32,000 nt of DNA from Candidatus Saccharimonadota bacterium. Its GTDB lineage: Bacteria > Pseudomonadota > Gammaproteobacteria > Enterobacterales > Enterobacteriaceae. The notes beneath the pieces were generated by a model. That model was not told the origin of the DNA, made no database searches, and saw only the letters and a program-made list of their open reading frames with translations. The stretch covers positions 90,001-122,000 of the forward strand of contig CP145869.1 of NCBI GenBank assembly GCA_041941765.1. Reading direction: 5' to 3'. This document shows positions 1-9,168 of the stretch, one piece after another; within the stretch, counting starts at the first letter, position 1, and the number at the start of each line of letters is the position of its first letter. A program made the translations under genes and the position numbers.

Positions 1-5
1 TTTAA

Positions 6-11
6 CTCCTC
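6..11 (-). promoter_or_regulatory. Probable Shine-Dalgarno (GAGGAG on the minus strand) for a gene starting just beyond the left edge, expected to be fusA downstream of rpsG
   Basis: The reverse complement of 1..11 is GAGGAGTTAAA, lying 41 nt past the rpsG stop. In the str operon order rpsL-rpsG-fusA, fusA follows rpsG. The start codon itself is off-window. Confidence 0.3.
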
Positions 12-51
12 TAATTAATCAAATATTATTTATTATTAATCTATATTAGAT

Positions 52-522
52 TTACCATCTATAATGAACAAATGCTTTGTTAGATTCAGCCATTCTATGT
101 ACTTCTTCACGTTTTTTTACAGCCAAGCCTTTATTTTCAAAAGCTTCATATAACTCATTTGCTAATTTTTTAGCCATAGATTGATCTTTTCTTTTTCTAG
201 CAGCTTCAACTATCCATCGCATAGCTAAAGTATTACGTCGTACATGGCGTACTTCAACAGGTATTTGATATGTAGAACCACCTACTCTTCGTGATTTTAC
301 TTCTAATAAAGGACGAACATTTTCTAATGCTAACTCAAATGATTTTAATTCATCTAATTTAGAACGATTTGTAACTATTTTTAATGCTGAATAGACGATT
401 TTTTCGGCTACTGATTTTTTTCCTTTTACCATTAATATATTAATAAACTTAGCTAATAATTCTGACTTAAATTTTGGATCAGCCATAATTTTTCGCTCTC
501 CAAAAACTCGACGACGTGACAT
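52..522 (-). CDS. rpsG: 30S ribosomal protein S7
   Basis: ORF 52..537 reads [26 protein letters not shown]...NKAFVHYRW, colinear with E. coli S7 ([26 protein letters not shown]...AFAHYRW). I trimmed the start to the Met aligned with E. coli Met1; the 5-codon upstream extension (MEYYI) has no counterpart. Confidence 0.96.
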   Translation of the reverse strand: MSRRRVFGERKIMADPKFKSELLAKFINILMVKGKKSVAEKIVYSALKIVTNRSKLDELKSFELALENVRPLLEVKSRRVGGSTYQIPVEVRHVRRNTLAMRWIVEAARKRKDQSMAKKLANELYEAFENKGLAVKKREEVHRMAESNKAFVHYRW

Positions 523-565
523 AATATAATACTCCATCTATTTTTTTTAAAACGATAAATAATCT

Positions 566-937
566 TTAGATTTTTTTCTTAGTACCATATTTTGATCGAG
601 CACGTTTACGATCTTTAACTCCTGAACAATCATAGGCTCCACGAATAGTGTGATAACGTACTCCAGGTAAATCTTTAACACGTCCTCCACGAATTAAAAC
701 TACTGAATGTTCTTGTAAATTATGACCTTCTCCGCCAATATAAGAAGTTACTTCAAAACCATTAGTTAAACGAACTCTACATACTTTACGTAAAGCTGAA
801 TTAGGTTTTTTAGGAGTAGTAGTATATACTCTAGTACAAACTCCTCTTTTTTGCGGACATCCTTGTAATGCTGGAACATTACTTTTACTAGTTTGCTTTT
901 TTCTCGATTTTCTTACCAATTGATTTATAGTTGCCAT
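566..937 (-). CDS. rpsL: 30S ribosomal protein S12
   Basis: [14 protein letters not shown]...[57 protein letters not shown] is almost identical to E. coli S12. It sits immediately upstream of rpsG, as in the str operon. Confidence 0.98.
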   Translation of the reverse strand: MATINQLVRKSRKKQTSKSNVPALQGCPQKRGVCTRVYTTTPKKPNSALRKVCRVRLTNGFEVTSYIGGEGHNLQEHSVVLIRGGRVKDLPGVRYHTIRGAYDCSGVKDRKRARSKYGTKKKI

Positions 938-995
938 ATTATCCTTGTTGTTAATGAAGAAAATAGTTGTTATGAACCTGGATTTTTATTTATCA

Positions 996-1283
996 TTACC
1001 AATGTATTTGTTGTATATGAATAGTAGAAAGTTTTACAAATTCATCATAATTAATTAATTTAATATGTGATGATATTAAATTGAACACTCCACGTGCTTG
1101 TACATCATTTATAAGAGCATATGTATTAATAGCAAGAATTGATAATTCCTTTAAAATAATATTGGTTTTAAATCCCATAATTATTCCGTCTTGTAACATT
1201 AAAACTTCATCATTATCTATTAAACAACTTAAAAAATTATCTTGATTAATTTGATATAATGGATGTGATAAAATATGTAACAT
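996..1283 (-). CDS. tusB: tRNA 2-thiouridine sulfur-relay protein TusB (DsrH family)
   Basis: The 95-aa product starts MLHIL, contains LMLQDG and ends QQIHW, aligning with E. coli TusB (MLHTL...LLLQDG...SQMAW). The tusD-tusC-tusB-rpsL order is conserved. Confidence 0.85.
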   Translation of the reverse strand: MLHILSHPLYQINQDNFLSCLIDNDEVLMLQDGIIMGFKTNIILKELSILAINTYALINDVQARGVFNLISSHIKLINYDEFVKLSTIHIQQIHW

Positions 1284-1298
1284 ATAGATTCAATCTAA

Positions 1299-1658
1299 TT
1301 AAAATGTTAAAATTTTTTCAAAAGAATGTAGTTTCGTTTTTAAATCAGAAGGATATAAGATTTCTACAGAAATTACAAAATTCGTTTTTAAATTAATTCC
1401 TCTTTGTATTAATGACATACCACATACATATATATACTTTATATCATAAATATCTAAAATTTGAAAGCTCTTAACATAATGACGTGTTAAAATTTTATTA
1501 CTATTTTGAAAAGGATAAAGTTGTAATACTCCATCACCAATAAAAAATAATCCTATTTCATTAGTAAATGCAGCTGTTGCTAATACTATATCTAAACCTT
1601 CACGACCAGAACTAGTTCCGTAAGGAGAATGTAAAAAAACAAAAGCAATAGGTTTCAA
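1299..1658 (-). CDS. tusC: tRNA 2-thiouridine sulfur-relay protein TusC (DsrF family)
   Basis: MKPIAFVFLHSPYGTSSGREGLDIVLATAAF...FFIGDGVLQL aligns with E. coli TusC ([31 protein letters not shown]...FFIADGVFQL). It overlaps the tusD stop by 4 nt. Confidence 0.9.
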   Translation of the reverse strand: MKPIAFVFLHSPYGTSSGREGLDIVLATAAFTNEIGLFFIGDGVLQLYPFQNSNKILTRHYVKSFQILDIYDIKYIYVCGMSLIQRGINLKTNFVISVEILYPSDLKTKLHSFEKILTF

Positions 1659-2053
1659 AATTGTACCAATCGTTCACAATGAAGTATTGACTGAACTAAA
1701 GATCCTAATCCCCGAATTTTAAATCCGCTTTTTATATTATTGATTCGTTCTAATGTTTTACTATTAGTAAAAACTCCTACTCCTCTCCTCATAGCAGCAG
1801 ATGAACATATATATAATGGAATATCATATTTGTGATGTATTATAGACCAAGCATGTACTAAATCAAATTCATCGCTAGCAGGATAAACACAACGATTAGC
1901 ATTATATATTCCGTCTCCATAAAAAAAAATTAAATCTAACCGGTGATTATTCTTATTATTAGAATTACTAAGAATTGATTGAGCAAATAAATAAGCATTA
2001 CGCGCATTTTGTGTTCCATACGCAGGACCTGTAACATATAAAACAAACTGCAT
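1655..2053 (-). CDS. tusD: tRNA 2-thiouridine sulfur-relay protein TusD (DsrE family)
   Basis: MQFVLYVTGPAYGTQNA...PASDEFDLVHAW...ICSSAAMRRG...CERLVQF aligns with E. coli TusD (MRFAIVVTGPAYGTQQA...PASDEFDLVRAW...ICVAAALRRG...CDRVVQF). The conserved active Cys in the IC..AA.RRG motif is retained. Confidence 0.92.
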   Translation of the reverse strand: MQFVLYVTGPAYGTQNARNAYLFAQSILSNSNNKNNHRLDLIFFYGDGIYNANRCVYPASDEFDLVHAWSIIHHKYDIPLYICSSAAMRRGVGVFTNSKTLERINNIKSGFKIRGLGSLVQSILHCERLVQF

Positions 2054-2259
2054 TACATTATTCCTTAAAATATTCTTTTTTTTAAGATAAATGAATAAAT
2101 CTTCTTGAAGATCTTTAAGATGTCAATAAAAAATCTTTATTATATACAAATTTTTTTACTAAAAAAAAAATTGAAATGATATTTTTTATCATATTTAGAG
2201 TAAAATATTTATTTTAATGATTTTTAAATGAAAATCAATCTCAAAGGAATATATTATAT

Positions 2260-3690
2260 ATGGTCATAGAACATATAAAAACTGAAGTTCTAATTATTGG
2301 GGGGGGTCCCTCCGGATATTCGTCTGCTTTTAGATGTGCTGATTTGGGATTACAAACATGTTTAGTAGAATCTAAAGATTCTTTAGGTGGTGTGTGTCTA
2401 AATGAAGGATGTATTCCTTCTAAAACATTACTAAATATTAGTAACTTACTACATCAAGTCAAAACAATGAATCAAAAAGGTATTTTTTCATCAATTCCTA
2501 ATATTAATCTCAAGGAGCTACGTACTTGGAAACAACAAGTCATTAATAAATTAACAGGTGGATTAACCAATATGGCTAAACATCGTAATGTTAGAATGAT
2601 TCAAGGAAAAGCAGATTTTGTTGATGCACATACTGTAATTATTAAAAAAGATAATTTAATTTTATTTGAAATAAAATTTGATAATCTTATTATTGCTACT
2701 GGTTCACGTCCTATTAATATTCCATTAATTTCTCATGAAGAAGATAAGAGAATATGGAATTCTACAACAGCTTTATCACTTCCCTTTATTCCGTCTAAAT
2801 TTTTAATTATAGGAGGAGGTATTATAGGATTGGAAATGGCTACTATTTATCATTCACTGGGATCACAAATTGATATCATTGAATTATATGATCAGCTAGT
2901 ACCAGGACTAGATAAAGATTTAAGTCAATTTTTTACTCAAATTATAAAGAACCAATTTAATTTAAAATTCCATACTAAAGTTCTACAAATAACATCAACA
3001 AAAAATGGTATTCATGTTCTCATGCAAAGTCAGAATACTCCTTCTGAATCTAAAGTTTATGATGCAGTTTTAATTGCTATTGGTAGAAAACCAAATAGTG
3101 ATTTGATTAATCTTAAATCAATTGGAGTAAAAGTAAATGATCAAGGATTTATTCTTGTTGATCAACAAATGCGTTCTAATATTAAGCATATTTATGCTAT
3201 TGGAGATATTGTTGGACCACCTCTCTTAGCACATAAAGGTATGCATGAAGGACATATAGCTGCTGAAGTAATTGCTGGAAAACAACATTATTTTAATCCT
3301 CAAGTAATACCATATATAGCTTATACTGAACCCGAAATAGCTTGGATAGGAATAAATGAAACAGAAGCTAATATAAAAAATATAAAATATAACGTGGGAA
3401 TTTATCCTTGGTCTGCATCTGGACGAGCTCTGGCATCTAATTGCTCTAATGGAATAACAAAACTAATTACTAATAAATCCAATAATATTATTATTGGAGG
3501 AGGAATTATAGGTCATAATTGCAGTGAAATCATTGGTGAAATAGCATTAGCAATTGAAATGCAATGTAATCTTGAAGATATTGCTCTTACTATTCATGCA
3601 CATCCAACCTTATATGAATCTATCGGTCTTACAGCTCAAATTATGCTCGGTACAATCACTGATTTATTAAATAAGAAAAATAAAAATTAA
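2260..3690 (+). CDS. lpdA: Dihydrolipoyl dehydrogenase (E3 component)
   Basis: The 476-aa product has the FAD-binding IIGGGPSGY motif, the redox disulfide GGVCLNEGCIPSK and the C-terminal HAHPTLYES motif. It is colinear with E. coli Lpd across its whole length. Confidence 0.96.
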   Translation: MVIEHIKTEVLIIGGGPSGYSSAFRCADLGLQTCLVESKDSLGGVCLNEGCIPSKTLLNISNLLHQVKTMNQKGIFSSIPNINLKELRTWKQQVINKLTGGLTNMAKHRNVRMIQGKADFVDAHTVIIKKDNLILFEIKFDNLIIATGSRPINIPLISHEEDKRIWNSTTALSLPFIPSKFLIIGGGIIGLEMATIYHSLGSQIDIIELYDQLVPGLDKDLSQFFTQIIKNQFNLKFHTKVLQITSTKNGIHVLMQSQNTPSESKVYDAVLIAIGRKPNSDLINLKSIGVKVNDQGFILVDQQMRSNIKHIYAIGDIVGPPLLAHKGMHEGHIAAEVIAGKQHYFNPQVIPYIAYTEPEIAWIGINETEANIKNIKYNVGIYPWSASGRALASNCSNGITKLITNKSNNIIIGGGIIGHNCSEIIGEIALAIEMQCNLEDIALTIHAHPTLYESIGLTAQIMLGTITDLLNKKNKN

Positions 3691-3883
3691 TAGTAGTAAT
3701 AAGAGAATTTATCATGTTATTTATTTATAATAAATAATTTTTTTTAATGATCTTAAATAAAAAAATTATATTATTTTACACTAGATTTTAACTAAATTAA
3801 TAAGTACATTATTTATTATATTGTAAACATTTATTAATTAAATATATGTTATTTACTTATTTTAAATAGTATTTTATGAAAAC

Positions 3884-4411
3884 ATGAATATTATTCAAGT
3901 AGTATTAAATCAAGAAACCATTCAACTTCGTATAAAACATCTGGGAAAATCCATTTCTAAATATTATCAATCTAGTAACAATTTAGAGTTAATTATTATT
4001 GGATTATTACGAGGGTCATTTATTTTTATAGCTGATTTATGTAGAGAAATTACTGTTTCACATCAAATAGATTTTATGTATGTTTCTAGTTATGCAAATT
4101 CGATTTATTCAAATCATCAAATAAATATTATTAAAGATCTAGAATTAAATATCGTAGATAAACATATTTTATTAGTAGATGATATTATTGATTCTGGTTA
4201 TTCTTTAAAAAAAATATATGATTTTCTAATGTTAAAAAATCCTAAATCTTTATTAATTTGTACTTTATTAGATAAACCAGCTGGTCGAATAATAAATATT
4301 AAGCCTAGCTGGACAGGTTTTTTGATTGGTAATAATTTTGTCGTAGGTTATGGAATGGATTATGCACAATCTTATCGTCATCTCCCTTATATTGGAAAAT
4401 TAATTGAATAA
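3884..4411 (+). CDS. hpt: Hypoxanthine phosphoribosyltransferase
   Basis: GLLRGSFIFIADLCREI.VSHQIDFM and the PRPP loop ILLVDDIIDSGYSL, plus VVGYGMDYAQSYRHLPYIGK, match E. coli Hpt. The E. coli-like position between lpd and yadG is kept. Confidence 0.94.
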   Translation: MNIIQVVLNQETIQLRIKHLGKSISKYYQSSNNLELIIIGLLRGSFIFIADLCREITVSHQIDFMYVSSYANSIYSNHQINIIKDLELNIVDKHILLVDDIIDSGYSLKKIYDFLMLKNPKSLLICTLLDKPAGRIINIKPSWTGFLIGNNFVVGYGMDYAQSYRHLPYIGKLIE

Positions 4412-4426
4412 AAAAATAATTTTAAG

Positions 4427-5350
4427 ATGAACTATGCACTGGAAATTAACCAACTTGTAAAAAGTTATGGTGAAATGTATGCTTTAAAAGAAATTAACTT
4501 AAAAATTTCTATTGGAGATTTTTATGCTTTATTAGGCCCTAATGGAGCAGGTAAAACTACTCTCATTGGTATTATCACTTCTTTAATTAATAAAACTGCT
4601 GGAAATATTAAGATATTTGGATACGATTTACAATCTAATGTAATTAAAGCTAAAAGTTTTATTGGTTTAGTACCACAAGAATTTAATTTTAATCAATTTG
4701 AAACTGTATTACAAATTATAATTAGTCAAGCTGGTTATTATGGAATAAATAAACGTGAAGCAATGAAACAGGCAGAAAAATATCTCATAGAATTAGATTT
4801 ATGGAAGAATCGCTATCAACCAGCTAGAATGCTTTCAGGAGGGATGAAACGTCGTCTTATGATTGTTCGAGCATTAATACATTCACCGAAATTACTTATT
4901 TTAGATGAGCCTAGTGCTGGTGTAGATATTCAATTACGTCTTTTAATGTGGAATTTTTTAAAAAAGTTAAACCAAAATGGTACTACTATTATTTTAACAA
5001 CTCATTATTTAGAAGAGGCTGAAACTTTATGTCGTAATATAGGTATTATTCAAAAAGGAATGTTAATAGAAAATAGCTCTATGAAAAATTTATTGGCTAA
5101 ATTAAAAACCGAAACTTTTATTCTAGATTTAGATAAAAATAGTCCTTTACCAAAATTAAAAGGTTATGAATCGAAATTAATAGATAAATCTACATTGGAA
5201 ATTGAAATCTACCAACATCAATGTATAAATGACGTATTTAATCAATTTAATCATCAAGGTGTAAAAGTATTAAGTATACGTAATAAATCAAATAGATTAG
5301 AAACTTTATTTGTAAAATTAATAAAAGAAAGTCAAGAGGTTACTAAATGA
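4427..5350 (+). CDS. yadG: ABC-2 type transporter, ATP-binding subunit (YadG orthologue)
   Basis: Walker A GPNGAGKTT, signature LSGGMKRRL and Walker B LLILDEPSAGVD are present. Long identical runs to E. coli YadG occur (GDFYALLGPNGAGK, GLVPQEFNFN, TTIILTTHYLEEAE.LCRNIGIIQ, ETFILDL). The gene is paired with yadH. Confidence 0.92.
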   Translation: MNYALEINQLVKSYGEMYALKEINLKISIGDFYALLGPNGAGKTTLIGIITSLINKTAGNIKIFGYDLQSNVIKAKSFIGLVPQEFNFNQFETVLQIIISQAGYYGINKREAMKQAEKYLIELDLWKNRYQPARMLSGGMKRRLMIVRALIHSPKLLILDEPSAGVDIQLRLLMWNFLKKLNQNGTTIILTTHYLEEAETLCRNIGIIQKGMLIENSSMKNLLAKLKTETFILDLDKNSPLPKLKGYESKLIDKSTLEIEIYQHQCINDVFNQFNHQGVKVLSIRNKSNRLETLFVKLIKESQEVTK

Positions 5351-6117
5351 TGTTACCATATTGGATAGCTTTAAAAAGTATATGGAATAAAGAAATTCAT
5401 CGATTTACTAGAATTTGGATACAGACCTTAATGCCTCCAGTTATTACCATGACCTTATATTTTTTAATTTTTGGTCATTTTTTAGGTTCACAAATTCATA
5501 AAATACATGGTTTCAATTATATTCAATTTATTGTTCCTGGACTTATTATGATGTCTGTAATATCTAACTCTTATAGTAATGTAGCTTCATCATTTTTTAG
5601 TGCTAAATTTCAACGTAGTATTGAAGAATTATTAATAGCACCAATACCTACACATATTATTATTTTAGGGTATATAGGAGGAGGAATAGCACGTGGAATT
5701 TGTGTTGGTTTATTAGTAACTTTAATCTCTATGTTATTTGTTACTTTACAAGTATATTCTTGGATAATAATTATTTCCATTTTACTTTTAACGGTTATTT
5801 TATTTTCTCTAGCTGGATTACTAAATGGTTTATTTGCAACCAATTTTGATGATATTAATTTAATACCTACTCTTATAATTACTCCATTAAGTTATTTAGG
5901 TGGAGTTTTCTATTCTATAAATTTATTACCACCTTTTTGGCAAAAAATGTCTAAATTTAATCCTATTGTATATATGATTAGTGGATTTCGTTTAGGATTT
6001 CTTGGAATTCAAGATGTATCTCTTGTGTTTACAATCGTAGTACTTATAAGTATGATAATCTTATTTTATCTAATAATATGGAAATTAATTGACAAAGGTT
6101 ATGGATTAAAAACTTGA
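5347..6117 (+). CDS. yadH: ABC-2 type transporter, permease subunit (YadH orthologue)
   Basis: The 256-aa polytopic hydrophobic protein starts in an ATGA overlap with the yadG stop. Its position and architecture match E. coli yadH. I did not align it residue by residue. Confidence 0.85.
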   Translation: MMLPYWIALKSIWNKEIHRFTRIWIQTLMPPVITMTLYFLIFGHFLGSQIHKIHGFNYIQFIVPGLIMMSVISNSYSNVASSFFSAKFQRSIEELLIAPIPTHIIILGYIGGGIARGICVGLLVTLISMLFVTLQVYSWIIIISILLLTVILFSLAGLLNGLFATNFDDINLIPTLIITPLSYLGGVFYSINLLPPFWQKMSKFNPIVYMISGFRLGFLGIQDVSLVFTIVVLISMIILFYLIIWKLIDKGYGLKT

Positions 6118-6134
6118 TCTAATCTCCTTAAATT

Positions 6135-6575
6135 TTAATGTGAAAGAAGTTGTTTTTCACGAAATTCGGCTAAAGTTTTACAATCAATACAAAGATTAGC
6201 TATTGGTTGAGCTTCAAGACGACGAATACCTATTTCTATTCCACAAGTATCACAATAACCAAAAGTATCTTCCTCTATTTTTCTTAATGTTTTTTCAATT
6301 TGTTTTATTAACTTTCTTTCTCGATCTTTAGTAAGTAATTTTAAATTAAATTCTTCTTCTTGAACAGCTCTATCAATTGGATCCGGAAAATTAATAGATT
6401 CATTATTTTTCATATTACTATTGGTTTCTTCATGCAGTTGATTACACCAGGTCTGTAAAATTTTTTTAAAATGGTTCAATTGATTTTTATTCATATATTG
6501 TTCACCAGCTTGTTCTTGATATGGTTCAACTCCAGCCATCGATAAAAGACTTAAAGAATTTTTTTTATTTTGCAT
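6135..6575 (-). CDS. dksA: RNA polymerase-binding transcription factor DksA
   Basis: GVEPYQE..GE.YMN..QL.HF, the coiled-coil tip [14 protein letters not shown] and the 4-Cys zinc finger [29 protein letters not shown] align with E. coli DksA. Confidence 0.95.
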   Translation of the reverse strand: MQNKKNSLSLLSMAGVEPYQEQAGEQYMNKNQLNHFKKILQTWCNQLHEETNSNMKNNESINFPDPIDRAVQEEEFNLKLLTKDRERKLIKQIEKTLRKIEEDTFGYCDTCGIEIGIRRLEAQPIANLCIDCKTLAEFREKQLLSH

Positions 6576-6714
6576 GTAATTAATTTCTCTCTTTTAATGG
6601 ATATTCAAATCAATACTAAATTTTTTTTAATTAATCAATATTCTCCTCAAAATTGAGAAATTATAAAAATTCTACTAAATTATATATATAAAAACTCGAA
6701 TAATTTTTATAAAA

Positions 6715-8821
6715 ATGAGGTATCATGCTAAAAAGATAAAAATCAATTATATTATTGGGTTCTTAAAAGGAATAATAATCATTATAGTAATACTAATGAT
6801 TATCTTAGGTTTGATACTAAATCATCAAATACATACTCGTCTTGATGGAAAAATTTGGTATTTACCACTTTAGTATATGATCGTCTCTTAGATATTAAAA
6901 TTATTTTTATAATAAAGCTAAAATAATTAAAATTCTTATTTCAAGAAAATATCATCCGGTTTCTAAAATTAGTCGAACGGGTGAATTTATTGTAAAGAAT
7001 AATACAATTGAAATTCTTCGTCGTCCATTAAATTTTACAAATAGTTTAACTTAAAAAAAAATCTTTCCAGTTCATATCTCTTTATGGTTTAAAAAAGGCA
7101 TTTTAACACAAATTATTAATTTATATAATGGACAAAAATTATCAGTTATTCGTCTTGATCCTATTTTGCTAAGTATATTATCATAAAATAATCGTGAACA
7201 ACGTTTATTTACTCCTCGGAATGAATTTCCAGATATGTTAATTTCAATACTTATTACTACAGAAGATAGACAATTTTATAATCATAATGGTATTAGTCTT
7301 TCTGCAATATGTAGAGCCTGTTGGGTTAATATTATAGCTGGAAAAAACATTTAGGGAGGTAGTACTATTTATTACACAGCAATTAGTTAGAAATTTATTT
7401 GTTAATAATGAGCGTAGCTTTTGGCGTAAAATCCAAGAAATTTATATGGCCGTTATTATGAATTTACGTTATAGTAAAGAACGTATTCTTGAAATTTATT
7501 TCTATGAAAAATTTTTAGGACAAAATCAGCAAATCTGTGGTTTTCCATTAGCGAGTATTTATTTTTTTGGAAAACCAATAACCGAATTAGGATTAAAAGA
7601 AGAAGTATTATTAGTAGGAATGATAAAAGGAGCATCAATATATAATCCTTATGTTCATCCGGTACAAAGTTTACAAAGACGTAATATAGTTTTGTCTATG
7701 TTATATCAAAATCATCTTATTAATTTACATCAATATACAATATTTTAAAATAGTTCATTACATTATCAATTTAAATAATTTAGCTAGTCTGAAAAATTTT
7801 TGTACTTTAGATCCGATAATACAATATGCAGCTGACAAATCAATAGAAACAGTAATTCCTATTCTAGAAAAAAAACATCGTTTACAAGATTTACAGGGAT
7901 CCATAGTTATAGTTGATCGTATAACTGGATAAATAAGAAGTATGATAGGTGGATCTAATCCTCAATTTCCAGGTTATAATCGAGCGTTACAAGCTAGACG
8001 TTCAATTGGTTCGTTAGTTAAACTAGCTATTTTTTTATCAGCTTTAAGTCAACCTCATTTATATACTTTAAATACTAAATTAGATGAGATTCCTATTGAA
8101 CTACAACTTTCAAAATTTCATTTTTGGAAACCTCATAATAATGATTATAGATTTGGAGGTACTTTAATATTATTAGATGCTTTAACATATTCAATTAATA
8201 TTCCTACTGTTAATTTAAGAGTATCATTAGGAATAACAAACATTAATAAAAACTTCTTGAAATTAGAAATTTTTTAAAATAGGTTATCTCTGTTACCTTC
8301 ATTTTTCTTAGGAGCATTGAATCTTACTCCATTTAAAGTAATACAAATTTATCATACTATAGCTAGTGGAGGATATCGAGTACCACTTTCAACTATTCGT
8401 TATATGATTGATAATCAACATATTTAACTTTATATAGTATGCAACAGGTTGTACTTCATGGAACAGCTCATACTTTAGGACTCAAATATCCTAATTATCA
8501 ATTAGCGGCAAAAACTGGTACTACTAATAAATTACATGATAATTGATTTACTGGTATTGATGGAAAAGAAGTAGTTGTTATTTTATTAGGAAAAGATAAT
8601 AATGATTCCACTAAACTTTATGGTTATAATGGAGCTTTAAAGTTATATGAAATTTATTTAAAATATATTATATTATTCCTACACCATTTATATTATCTAA
8701 ACCTAAAGATATATTAATAATGAATATTAATTCACAGGGTGATTGAATTTGTAAGAAGAGTAATAAATTACGTGTAATTCCTATATGGAATAATAATAAC
8801 TATAAATTTTGTACTAACTAA
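6715..8821 (+). pseudogene. mrcB: Decayed mrcB (penicillin-binding protein 1B; bifunctional glycosyltransferase/transpeptidase)
   Basis: Translation stitched across three frames is colinear with E. coli PBP1b, from the TM helix and RLDGKIWYLP (E. coli RIDGKVWQLP) to the C-terminal RVIPIW (E. coli RILPVW). In-frame stops lie at 6871 TAG, 7052 TAA, 7184 TAA, 7352 TAG, 7746 TAA, 7930 TAA, 8275 TAA, 8425 TAA, 8544 TGA and 8744 TGA. Frame changes occur near 6875-6900, 7367, 7750-7777, 8428-8438 and 8665-8677. Short internal deletions follow 7748 and 8427. The track ORFs 7446..7748 and 7942..8277 are fragments of this gene. Confidence 0.9.
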
Positions 8822-8835
8822 CAATTATTAATTTT

Positions 8836-9168
8836 ATGAAAAAACAAATAGATCTTACCGAGTCGGCACTGAAAAAAATAAAAAGTTTAATTTCTCAAAA
8901 AAATAATTTTAATTTAAAACTACGAATTTATATTACAGGAGGAGGTTGTAGTGGTTTCCAATATGGATTTAGATTAGATGAACATACTTATCCAGATGAT
9001 TTAATAATTGAAAAATTAGATATTAAATTAGTTGTAGATGCAATGAGTTTTCAATATTTAATTGGAAGTTGTATTGATTATGTAGAAAAACTTGAAGGAT
9101 CTCAATTTATGATCCAAAATCCTAATGCAAAAATCACATGTAGTTGTGGAGCTTCATTTACTCCATAA
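8836..9168 (+). CDS. erpA: Iron-sulfur cluster insertion protein ErpA (A-type carrier)
   Basis: [20 protein letters not shown] and the C-terminal [14 protein letters not shown] match E. coli ErpA ([20 protein letters not shown]...NPNAKSTCGCGSSF). All three cluster-ligand Cys residues are retained. Confidence 0.94.
   Translation: MKKQIDLTESALKKIKSLISQKNNFNLKLRIYITGGGCSGFQYGFRLDEHTYPDDLIIEKLDIKLVVDAMSFQYLIGSCIDYVEKLEGSQFMIQNPNAKITCSCGASFTP

Noticed and set aside
2176-2192. A palindrome ATGATA-TTTTT-TATCAT in the tusD/lpdA divergent spacer could be an operator. An A10 run lies next to it at 2161-2170.
   Set aside because: The arms are 6-bp and AT-only, which is expected by chance in this composition. 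I recognise no matching regulator binding consensus.
5610-5843. A minus-strand 77-aa ORF lies inside yadH. Similar embedded antisense ORFs occur at 17025..17222 (+, in ruvB), 24498..24686 (-, in argS), 7456..7638 (-, in the mrcB relic) and 30162..30422 (-, spanning the fabI end and rnb start).
   Set aside because: All are short, antisense to well-supported genes, lack ribosome-binding sites and have no recognisable similarity. They are the expected chance ORFs.
7446-8277. Track ORFs 7446..7748 (100 aa) and 7942..8277 (111 aa) could be read as independent small genes.
   Set aside because: They are colinear fragments of PBP1b: the C-terminal part of the glycosyltransferase domain and the SxxK-containing part of the transpeptidase domain. 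The flanking sequence continues the same alignment across stops and frameshifts, so I annotate them as parts of one pseudogene.
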